Assembly: GCA_002269645.1 (NCBI GenBank)
Contig: NIVC01000142.1
Coordinates: forward strand, 496,001 to 560,000
Direction: 5' to 3'
Length of the DNA stretch: 64,000 nt
Origin: Macrostomum lignano
Taxonomy: Eukaryota
Shown here: positions 1-11,100 of the stretch, one piece after another
Position numbering within the stretch: position 1 is the first letter of the stretch
Layout: the number at the start of each line of letters is the position of its first letter
Made by a program: the position numbers and the translations under genes
The notes under the pieces: model-generated
Told to the model about the DNA's origin: nothing
Database searches by the model: none
What the model saw: only the letters and a program-made list of their open reading frames with translations

Positions 1-420
1 ATGTTGTGAAGTTTCGACCTTGTGAAAGTGGTTGCTATTCAAGTTTTCGATGTTGTGAAGTTTCGACCTTATGAAAGTGGTTGCTATTCAAGTTTTCGAT
101 GTTGTGAAGTTTCGACCTTATGAAAGTGGTTGCTATTCAAGTTTTCGATGTTGTGAAGTTTCGACCTTGTGAAAGTGGTTGCTATTCAAGTTTTCGATGT
201 TGTGAAGTTTCGACCTTGTGAAAGTGGTTGCTATTCAAGTTTTCGATGTTGTGAAGTTTCGACCTTATGAAAGTGGTTGCTATTCAAGTTTTCGAGGTTG
301 TGAAGTTTCGACCTTGTGAAAGTGGTTGCTATTTGAGTTTTCGATGTTGTGAAGTTTCGACATTGTGAAATTTCGATCTTGTCAAAGGAGGTGCTTTCGA
401 CGTTGTGAAACTTCGAGTTT
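1..420. repeat. 49-bp tandem repeat (ATGTTGTGAAGTTTCGACCTTGTGAAAGTGGTTGCTATTCAAGTTTTCG), about 7 copies then degenerating; runs off the window start
   Basis: Unit recurs at 1, 50, 99, 148 and onward. Confidence 0.95.
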
Positions 421-435
421 GTGAACCCCCCCCCC

Positions 436-1722
436 CTCCTGAGCACATACAAGCGCGCCGATACTGTACGCAAGCATGTACTCATGTACTTATACAGGCA
501 TTGTACACTCTATGTGCCTTGGGTGGGGGGATTGACCCTCATGGCTGTGAATCCGCACGGCCCCTGGCCGATATTTTGTGCACAAACTCCAAATGAATGT
601 GACCTGTACACGGAATCGAACCAGGGCTCGTGGATTAGCGGCTTACACAGTCCGGACGGGTGACTCGGAGCGCGAACTGGCTGGCACTGCCTTGTTGACC
701 TGTCGCTCAAAGCTGCAAAAGCGGTCCTGTTGCCGGCGTAGCAGCTCATGGACTCAGCCGAACCGGTGGCGAAAAATTCCTGCCGCTGAATTGCCTGCCG
801 TCGACCGCCGCTTTTTCGACGTTTCTGGTGTCGCAGGCGACGCTCGCTAGGGAAATAATGCGACAGGCTGGAGTCCTGCGACACGGCGTCCGACGCGCAG
901 CTGCGAATGTCGTCCGAGACAACCGAGCAGTCATCCGAGGCTCGCAGGTCTGCCGCTTGCGCGTCTGGGTTATGCAGAGGGTTTTGGGGTGACAACTGAG
1001 GACTGCATGTACTTTGTACTAATTTGTTTCTTAGAAAATCATTAACAGTTTAACACTGGCTTTACGCGAATAACAGAGGCAGATTCATACCTGTGTGTGC
1101 CAACCTCCAGGGCACCGAGCCTGTACATGCCTTACGATTAGAATGTCAGGGCGGCTTGTGAGCCTGTGTACATGTACTGTATAGATGCCTGAATGTGTAC
1201 CGGTATTGGCGCGCTTGTACTATATGTGCTCACAGGGGCGTCGCCATGGATTTTATGGTGGGGGGGGGACAAAGCCTACAATTCAACATGTACATGTACA
1301 TGAGAAAATTCCTACATGTACATTATTTTTAGAATCGTGTTGTCAGCACTCATTTTGACGCCGCAGGCACTCATTTTAGCGCCGCAGGCACTCATTTCGG
1401 CGCCGCAGGCACTCATTTTGGCGCCGAAGGCACTAATTTTGGCGCCGCATGGCACTCATTTTGGCGCCCCAGGCACTTGTTTTTGGCGCCGAAGGCATTC
1501 ATTTTGGCGCCCCAGGCACTCAATTTGACGCCACAAGCACTCATTTTAGCGCCGAAGGCGCTATATTTTGGTGCCGTGAAGAAAAATTATTGATTACCAC
1601 AATGGAGTCACAAGGTGGGGTGGGGGGGACAATAAAGCATGGGCATGCCCCCCATAGCTTTTACTGGGGGGGGCATGTCCCCCCTTTCCTCCCCAGTGGC
1701 AACGCGCCTGTGTGCTCAGGAG
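436..1722. mobile_element. Putative non-autonomous TIR element (outer), with its right TIR interrupted by a nested MITE
   Basis: Left end CTCCTGAGCACATACAAGCGCGCCGATACTGTAC (436-469) is an imperfect reverse complement of 1197-1232 joined to 1719-1722 once the nested element and one TSD copy are removed. No TSD identified for the outer element. Confidence 0.55.
1233..1710. mobile_element. hAT-type MITE (478 bp) with 14-bp TIRs and 8-bp TSD; internal 21-bp tandem repeat at about 1345-1570
   Basis: TIRs CAGGGGCGTCGCCA (1233-1246) and TGGCAACGCGCCTG (1697-1710) match 12/14. Identical 8-bp flanks TGTGCTCA at 1225-1232 and 1711-1718. An 8-bp TSD with short CAG-starting TIRs is typical of hAT. Confidence 0.8.
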
Positions 1723-4700
1723 TCAGCGCGGAATGGGAAAATTGCCTTAGAGCTGGTTGTAGAACGATGCATCGCCGATGGCGATGGCACTGCGCCGTGA
1801 TGGTGCCCACAACCCTTCTATAGTTCTGCGATTACTTAGTTGACGAGATCTGATCGATTAAATATCCAAAATGTTTAGCTATCAATTTTTGCCAGGGGTG
1901 CCTTTGTGGTGGTCGTGAACAAAACCGGAACCTGCATGCATGGGTACTTTTTTGCGAGACGACTAAAAGTCCGAACCACATCAACCGCTGAGCTACCCTG
2001 CCTGCGAAACAGCCGACAGCAGTTTAAATAATTTGCTCACCCGGATGCAGGCAGTGAGACTGTGCAGCGCGGTGCTGTCTGCATGGGCCCACCGAGTCCC
2101 ACGAGTGAGTAGGCGCCTTGACAACTGTCTTTGAAGCGCAGCGAATTCGATCACTGGACGGCATCGCGTTTTGTTCCGAGTCAAGCTTTGGCAGCGTGTG
2201 GTCGCTGTAGCGGCTGCCTTTCTTTAGAGCCAGCAGCAGACAGTGGGTGCTCATAACGACTGGGTCCTATAGACTGCAATGATTTGTCATCTGACGTTTA
2301 ATTAGCGCGGTCTTGGCTATGTAATGCACAGAAACTATTATACGTGTAACATTTGGCTTGTTGCTGTTGTCAATAACATCAATTAGAAGCAATTGAAAAT
2401 GTCTATGGTCGAAGCATGGCTAGAGGCGTAGCCAGGAATTTTTGGTGGTGGGAGCAGTGTGTATTAGAGAGAGGTGCCTGCTACATGTATTTTTGGAACC
2501 GCCGTTGTATGGATATTTTAATGACCGGGCGCCATTTATTTAAGAGTGGGCGCCAGCACTAGGCAGCGCGGATGCCTCAGCTTATGGTATCTTGTCCATG
2601 CATAGCAACGCCCGGCCCCTGTTCGATGCTGCCCTTCAAGTCTTTTTTTTCAATGATACAGTACATCCAAGGACAACAGTGGTGCTTGGATATATATCAT
2701 GTACATGCACTCGCAGCAACTCACACAACATATACATACTCAATACAACACACAAGAGTTTACATTTTACGTGTAGAAAATTTTATAAAATAATTATAAT
2801 TCACAATTATGTGTATATTCACACAACAAAAAATATAATCTAATAGCTATACATGTTCCATACGCAGCACAGTAACATGTACATGTCAAGCTAATACATA
2901 TATTATGTTATTATGTACTTGTATACGTGTGTACTGTGGGTATCTGGAAATGTATATTACAGCTGTATAGAGTATTATTACATGTGCACATGTGTATGTG
3001 TAGGCCCAGCACACAAAATCTAAATTACAAGGCCAGGCCGCTTTATAATGGTACACACACAGTCGCATTTAATAGTTACATACATGTTATGTATCATGCA
3101 GTTACGCGTTGATAAGTGAACTGGCTGTCCATTCGTGAATTTGGGAATTCAGAAATAGACATTTTGTGAATTGTGAATTGTGAATTGCAATTGTGAATTG
3201 TACTTGTGAATCATGTTCTAGTAGTAGTGTTGTACATGTATGACAGTTTAACATGTATGACAAAAACTCGCCAAAAAATTCAGTTTGCACTTATAGATGC
3301 TTAGGTGTTATATATTATCCTTAAAATATACTACTGTATCCTCTTAGTGTAAACCATTTTACACTAAAGATTCTGCTCGTGGACATCGATACATATTTCA
3401 ATGCGAATTCAGTGTTAAGCTAAATATGCTAAAGAAAAATTTAAAAAAATATTAAAAATGCGAATATTTTCTATTTTACAATTCTTTAGACAAAAAATTG
3501 TTCCAGAAAGTCGAGTTTTTTGTTATTACCAAACAATAAAAAACTTTCTTTGAAAGTGCAGGGCGTGCGAATGAATGCGACTTGACAAGTCCTCCAGTTG
3601 GTGGTACGTTAACTGCAATGCATATGGTATGGTGGCTGCGGGCGCCCTAAGGAGATATATTTTAGACGTTATGTATGCACACTGAAAGAAAAACATTTTT
3701 GTGGCACTACCTAAATACATTTATTTTATATGAAATCAGTTCTTATAAAAGAAGTTTTGATTTTTATATGTAGAGATTACAGGTCTCTATACTAATACTA
3801 GTTAGTAGGCCTAACCATAATAATAATATGGGCTTATTTATTGAAGTTTTTGTGTTTACAATTTTTATAAAAAATATGCAATCAGCCCTAGCCCCATCTT
3901 AAAGGACAAACTGACCCAAATTTTCTTTTCGCTTATTGGTAGATAACAAAGTGACTAGACAGACCTGGTCAGTGGTCAATTCAGGCATGCACTTGGCATT
4001 TTGTCAACTACTTACTGGCTGATGCTAGTGCCCTGGACTCTGCTGGCAGTGGCAGTGTGGCCTAAATTTGCGCCTAGGCCCTGAAATGGGTGTAAGACCC
4101 TCCTTGGCCTTTGGCTATTCTCTCTTGTCTCACATGTTACTCCCTGCTACAGGCTAGCAACAATAGGCCTAGGGTCTAATAAAACAGACACAGCAACACT
4201 TTCTATGTCTTAGAAATCTATGTCTTTCTATTCTATAGTATGCATGCACAGCTGGTATGTATAGAATCGTGTGGAAAAGTTATTGTAAAGTAGAAAAAAG
4301 ATAAAAGTTCATTTTTAATCATAAATTTCAAGCTTTCCAGATTTTTAAGCTCATAATAAAGCATTTAAACAAATCTTTGCATGCATCAATTTTCTACTAT
4401 ACATAGTATTGCCAAAAAAGCAGAAAAATTAACCAAATGACTTGCCAAAAAGGGTCTATTATGCAATTCAAAAAGGTCATTTAAAGGTCATTTATTGTCA
4501 TAATGTAAAAATTGTCATTTACTAGCTATATAGCGTTTGCCTATAGGTGCTTTACTATCTAGCAAATTGCTGCTTCTATTAATTAATTTTTGGTTCCTCT
4601 TTCTCTTGTTTTTTTTCTTTTTGGTAGAAAATTTAGTCTATATTATATAAAAATCACTAAATGTTCTATTATTGTTTCAATTAATGTGATAAATTATGAA

Positions 4701-5179
4701 AAAATGCCAGAAAAATTCTAGTATCTTCTGTGTCTTCTAAAGCATGCTGTCGTACCTCAAAGTTTATTTTTTACTTGGTATAGTGTGTGCAATTGGTTTA
4801 AGCCTTATTTGTTCTAGCATATATACAGCATGATCAGTTAATGTGGCTATTGCCCTACATGTATATTCTAATTGTTGTGTCTGTTCTATGTATTGGGAAT
4901 ATGAAAAGGATTGCTTTCAAGAAAAATTTTATAAATATTATGATTGAATTTTGAATTTTTACATGTTTAGTTATATAACTTTATCATTTCTATGATTCTA
5001 TATTTATTTGACTTTCTCTATATGACCTATTGTCACCTTGGTTCACCTGTTGACTCAATGTTGGTTTCAATTATTAATATTGAATCATTAACTGGATAAT
5101 AACAGCAGGGAATGCTTGTTTTCTCAATCTCAATGATTTGAAAACCATTTATAATTTGCTATTTGCAGCTAGAACAAAA

Positions 5180-8100
5180 ATGGATGCAAAACAAGAAACA
5201 ATATCTGTAGTGGTTCGTTTAAGACCCCTAATAGAGCGGGAGCTAAACAGCTGCTGCAAGGAGGAGTGGCTAGCTGAAGACTCTACAGTAAGAACTGCCG
5301 ATGGCACCAAGAGGTTCTGCTTTGGTAAGCTTTAGTATCCGTGATGTTTATTTAATACCTGTTTCACTTATTTATAATCACATGTGGTGGTCTCCCGCAG
5401 ATGGTGTCTATGGCAAATCTCACCAGACCCAAGCCTTGTACACGCAAGCTGTCAAGCCGATAGTAACATCCTGCATGGAGGGCGTCAGCGGTACAGTGTT
5501 TGCCTACGGCCAGACCTCCAGCGGCAAGACGCACACAATGTATGGCAGCGTGCAAGATCCTGGCGTCATTGTGCTAGCCTTGAGAGATATATTTGCACTG
5601 CAGGTAACTAGGATTCATCACTAATCATTAAATAGTTAAGCTTGTTAATTGCTTTTTTAATGTTGTATTGTGTTTCTGGTACGCTTGTACAAGAGCCATT
5701 TTATCACTTTTGCCATCTGTAACCTGTTGTCACTAACAAATTGATACTGTCTTCCACCACGCCAGGAAATGGCTACGGAGCGTGAATTTCTTGTCAGCAT
5801 TTCCTTCTTAGAGATTTACAACGAGAGAGTGATCGATCTGCTCTCAAACGATCCGGACAAGAAGGTCTCCGTTATCATCGAGCGCACCAAGTCAACGCTG
5901 CGCAACGTCAAAGAGGAGATTGTGACTAGCGTTGATGAAGTGCTTAACCTGCTTAGCAAGGGCGAAGGTTAGACTTTTGGGATTAGTGTTGATTGTTCAC
6001 CAAGTTATTAAACATTTTACCCTCCCAGATTCTCAGTTGCTGGGCCAGCCTCTCAGACCCTCAGTTACTGGGCCAGCCTCCCAGATCCTCAGTTCTGGGC
6101 CAGCCTCCCAGAGTGTCAGTTGCTGTACCAGCCTCCCAGATCCTCAGTTACTGGGCCAGCCTCCCAGATCCTCAGTTGCTGGACCAGCCTCTCAGATCCT
6201 TTATTACGTTTACATGTAAATGTGATGAATGCTTAGCCATTAATGACCCCGACCCCCTACAGCCCAGAGACACATCGGCGAGACCAACATGAACGAGCGT
6301 TCAAGCCGATCCCACACCATCTTGCGGCTGGCCATCGAGTCCCGCTGTCGCGAGGAGGACGGTGTCATCTGGAACTCCGTGCTGGTTTGTCTTGACGATA
6401 TTGCTGACAGTTGATAATCAGATGATCAGATGACCAGATTCCACAACAGATCTATTAGATTCCACAACAGATCTATTAGATTCCATAGCAGATCTATCAG
6501 ATTCCATAGCAGATTTTACGGATTCCACAACAGATCTATCAGATTCCACAGCAGATCTATCAGATTCCACAAAAGATCTATCAGATTCCACAGCAGATCT
6601 ATCAGATTCCACAGCAGATGTATCAGATTCCACAGCAGATCTATCAGATTCCACAACAGATGTATCAGAGTCCACAACAGATCTGTCAGATTCCACAGCA
6701 GATCTATGAGAGTCCACAACAGATCTATCAGATTCCACAGCAGATCTATCAGATTCCACAGCAGATCTATCAGATTCCACAGCAGATCTATCAGATTCCA
6801 CAACAGATGTATCAGAGTCCACAACAGATCTGTCAGATTCCACAGCAGATCTATGAGAGTCCACAACAGATCTATCAGATTCCACAGCAGATCTATCAGA
6901 TTCCACAGCAGATCTATCAGATTCCACAACAGATGTATCAGAGTCCACAACAGATCTGTCAGATTCCACAGCAGATCTATGAGAGTCCACAACAGATCTA
7001 TCAGATTCCACAACAGATCTATCAGATTCTACAACAGATCTATTAGATACCATAGCAGATCTATCAGATTTCACAATAATTCCGCAAATTTTTTAGACTA
7101 TAATTTAGCTCAGCCTTTCAAATGCAACAAAACTACTTGAAGTAGATAACGCTTGCAAATTTCCTTAATTTTCACTCAGAATCTTGTCGACTTAGCCGGA
7201 TCGGAACGCGTATCGGAATCCGGCGCATCCGGCACTACGCTGAAAGAGGCGTGCAACATCAACTCCAGCCTGTCCAGCCTGTGCCTTGTCATCAGGCAGC
7301 TATCTGAGAACTCTTCGTGAGTAGGCTAAGATGCTGCTTTCTGGATTGAATGCTCAGCGCATGATTCATAAACTTATTACACTTGCCACTTTTTTAAAGT
7401 CATGTTCAAAACTCGATTCTTTTTCTAGCTATATATCATTTCGCGATAGCAAACTAACCAGCATCCTGATGTCGAGTCTGGGCGGCAATTCGAGAACATT
7501 AATTGTTTGCAACATCACGCCTGCCGTGTACGACCAATCGCAGCGGACTCTGAATGTAAGTTTTACCTCTGCTGGATTCATAGTTGCTCTGTTAAATCTC
7601 AATCCAGTTCCGCAGAAATCCAAACTGATTCCACAGAAACCCGAACTGATTCCACACAAATCCGAAACCAGTTCCACACAAATCCAAACCCAGTTCTATA
7701 GAACTCCTAACCCAGTTCCACAGAAATCCAACTAATTCCACACAAATCCAAACCCAGTTCCACAGAAATCCAAACCCAGCTCCACAGAAATCCAAACCCA
7801 GTTCCACAGAAATCCAACTAATTCCACAGAAATCCAAACCCAGTTCCACAGAAATCCAAACCCAGTTCCACAGAAATCCAAACCCAGTTCCACACAAATC
7901 CAAACCCAGTTCCACACAAATCCAAACCCAGTTCTATAGAACTCCTAACCCAGTTCCACAGAAATCCAACTAATCCCACAGAAATCCAAACCCAGTTCCA
8001 CACAAATCCAAACCCAGTTCTATAGAACTCCTAACCCAGTTCCACAGAAATCCAAACCCAGTTCTATAGAACTCCTAACCCAGTTCCACAGAAATCCAAA

Positions 8101-11100
8101 CCCAGTTCCACAGAAATCCAAACCCAGTTCCACAGAAATCCAAACCCAGTTCCACAGAAATCCAAACCCAGTTCCACAGAAATCCAAACCCAGTTCCACA
8201 GAAATCCAAACCCAGCTCCACAGAAATCCAAACCCAGTTCCACAGAAATCCAAACCCAGCTCCACAGAAATCCAAACCCAGTTCCACAGAAATCCAAACC
8301 CAGCTCCACAGAAATCCAAACCCAGTTCCACAGCAATCCAAACCAAAATCCCGCAGTTCGCGTCAATCGCCAAGACTGTGAAAAACAAGCCAGTAGTGAA
8401 CGAGTCGGTTTCCGACGAGGCCTACAGAAAGCGTTTAGAAAAACAGATGGAGAGCCTAAAAGAGCAGCTGCTCAAGATGACGTGTCAGAAGGATCGGGTC
8501 GAGGCTGAAAACGAGCGACTCGTTCGTCAGATGGAGACGTCCAGAGTAGCGGACGAGAATCCGCGGTTTGGTCAGCTGGCCGAGGAGCAGCTGTCCGAAC
8601 GGCAGCGAGTCCTGCACCAGATGGAGACTCTGTCCAGGTCAGTGTTCTCCCATTTGTAATTGCGTATCGGATCCTTCAGTTAAACCTCTGATACTTCAGT
8701 TCAACCCCTGATCCTTCAGTTAAACCTCTGATCCTTCAGTTAAACCCCTGATCCTTCAGTTAAACCTCTGATCCTTCAGTTAAACCTCTGATCCTTCAGT
8801 TAAACCTCTGATCCTTCAGTTAAACCTCTGATCCTTCAGTTAAACCTCTGATCCTTCAGTTCAACCCCTGATCCTTCAGTTAAACCTCTGATCCTTCAGT
8901 TAAACCCCTATCCTTCAGTTAAACCTCTGATCCTTCAGTTAAACCTCTGATCCTTCAGTTCAACCTCTGATCCTTCAGTTCAACCTCTGATCCTTCAGTT
9001 AAACCTCTGATCCTTCAGTTAAACCCCTGATCCTTCAGTCTAACCCCTGCTCCTTCAGTCTAACCCCTGATCCTTCAGTCTAACCCCTGATCCTTCAGTC
9101 TAACTCCTGATCTTCCAGTCTAACCCCTGATCCTTCAGTCTAACCCCTGAACCTCCAGTCTAACCCCTGAACCTCCAGTCTAACCCCTGATCCTTCAGTC
9201 TAACTCCTGATCTTCCAGTCTAACCCCTGATCCTTCAGTCTAACCCCTGAACCTCCAGTCTAACCCCTGATCCTTCAGTCTAACCCCTGAACCTCCAGTC
9301 TAACCCCTGATCCTTCAGTCTAACCCCTGAACCTCCAGTCTAACCCCTGAACCTCCAGTCTAACCCCTGAACCTCCAGTCTAACCCCTGATCCTTCAGTC
9401 TAACCCCTGAACCTCCAGTCTAACCCCTGATCCTTCAGTCTAACCCCTGAACCTCCAGTCTAACCCCTGATCCTTCAGTCTAACCCCTGAACCTCCAGTC
9501 TAACCCCTGATCCTTCAGTCTAACCCCTGAACCTCCAGTCTAACCCCTGATCCTTTAGTCTAACCCCTGATCCTTCAGTTTAGTGTACCAAGGCACTTAA
9601 TAGAGTACTATAGGTAGTACAAATGGAGTAGTTAGAAACACCGTTCATATAGAAATAAAAATTCTCATAAATTTTTGTCCCCACGCAGGTACTGCGGCGC
9701 CTCAGGTATAGACGATGGCGACAGTTCCACTGGCGACGTCCCCGCCATGCTGCTGCGCCGACGCACCTGGGCGCCAAACAGTCGCCGACAATTGCCAGAT
9801 AGCGGCGCTCTGCGACGCTGCCTGCTAGGCGCCATCGGCGAAGAGCCACCGCCGCCGCCTCCACCACCGCCCCCGGCGCCTTCGTTACCCTCGCTGTCAA
9901 CAGCCTCGTCGCAGCAGCAGCAGCAGCACCAGATTTTCCCCCCAGTTGGAGCCGACAGCTTTGACGATAATTTTGTTAGCCAAAAGCTGACCGAATCATT
10001 TTTCCGGCGTCTGGAATGCAGCCAAATGGAGGCGTCTTCGTTTAGCATTGACGGCGTGACGGCCACTGTGAACAGGGACAGCCAGACTGAGTCTGAGTCC
10101 TGGCAGCAGCCGCAGCAGCAGCAACAACAACAGGAACAGCAGGTTCTGCTTCTGTCCCGCGTTGCCGAGCTGGAGCAGCAGTTGCAGTCCGCTTGCGGTG
10201 AATCGCAGCGCTTAGCTGCTCAACTCGAACTGGAGCAACGGAATACCAGCCGGCTGGCTGAGCAGGTGAGGGGTGGGGGTTCGGGTGGCTGAGGTGTGTG
10301 GGCGGAGGTTCGGCTAGCTGAGGTGTGTGGGCGGAGGTTCGGCTAGCTGAGGTGTGTGGGCGGAGGTTCGGGTGGCTGAGGTGTGTGGGCGGAGGTTCGG
10401 CTAGCTGAGGTGTGTGGGCGGAGGTTCGGGTAGCTCAGATAGGTGTGTGCAGAGGTTCAGGCAGCTCAGATAGGTGTGTGCAGAGGTTCAGGCAGCTCAG
10501 ATAGGTGTGTGCAGAGGTTCAGGCAGCTCAGATAGGTGTGTGCAGAGGTTCAGGCAGCTCAGATAGGTGTGTGCAGAGGTTCAACAGCTATAATTGCTAA
10601 GTGTCAGCATAATCACGCACAGTGATGGTTCTGCCCATTGTCCAGGTGGCCAAGCTGGAGCATGAGAATGCCTCCCTGTGCGGTCGGATATCCCGCATGG
10701 AGGAGGAGGAGTTCATCGGCCTGGAGCTGCAGGCCGCCGAAGTTGCAGCGGCGGCTCTGGAGAGCAGCCAGCGCGAGGACATCGGCGGCAGCGACATCTT
10801 TGGCCGGCCAACTGTTCTATCGCCGAAAGCCGATGCAGAGTCCCTGGCAACGCCAGTAGTTGCAGTTCAAGCTGATTCAGCTGCCGATGAGGCGCGGCAA
10901 CTGGCTCGCCGTGTCGTCGATCTGGAGCGTCAGCTGGTGGCCAGCACTCAGACGGAGGCTGCCGCAGACCTGGCTGAAGCGCCGCTGGTCCTCGCCGATG
11001 CGCAGGTTCAAACCGAGATACCCAGAGACAGCCCGTGGGAAGCCAGTTTAGAGAAAGCGGAGTCGCGCGCTAACGAAGCGGCGCAATACGCTTCGGAATT

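Noticed and set aside
510-995. 161-aa minus-strand ORF within the outer TIR element
   Set aside because: No recognisable transposase or other motif; could be a GC-rich chance ORF.
2420-2570. Possible MITE left end (AGGCGTAGCCAGG...)
   Set aside because: No matching right TIR or TSD found.
3343-3371. Short hairpin TTAGTGTAAA-CCAT-TTTACACTAA
   Set aside because: AT-rich context, no Helitron CTRR end or other supporting feature.
3526-3720. GC-richer minus-strand ORF fragment in AT-rich DNA
   Set aside because: No family recognised and no clear splice context.
6418-8388. Repeat ORFs (SDRSAVE)n, (QQIYQIP)n, (WNWVWIS)n
   Set aside because: They lie in kinesin introns 4 and 6, whose flanking exons join to give conserved motor motifs.
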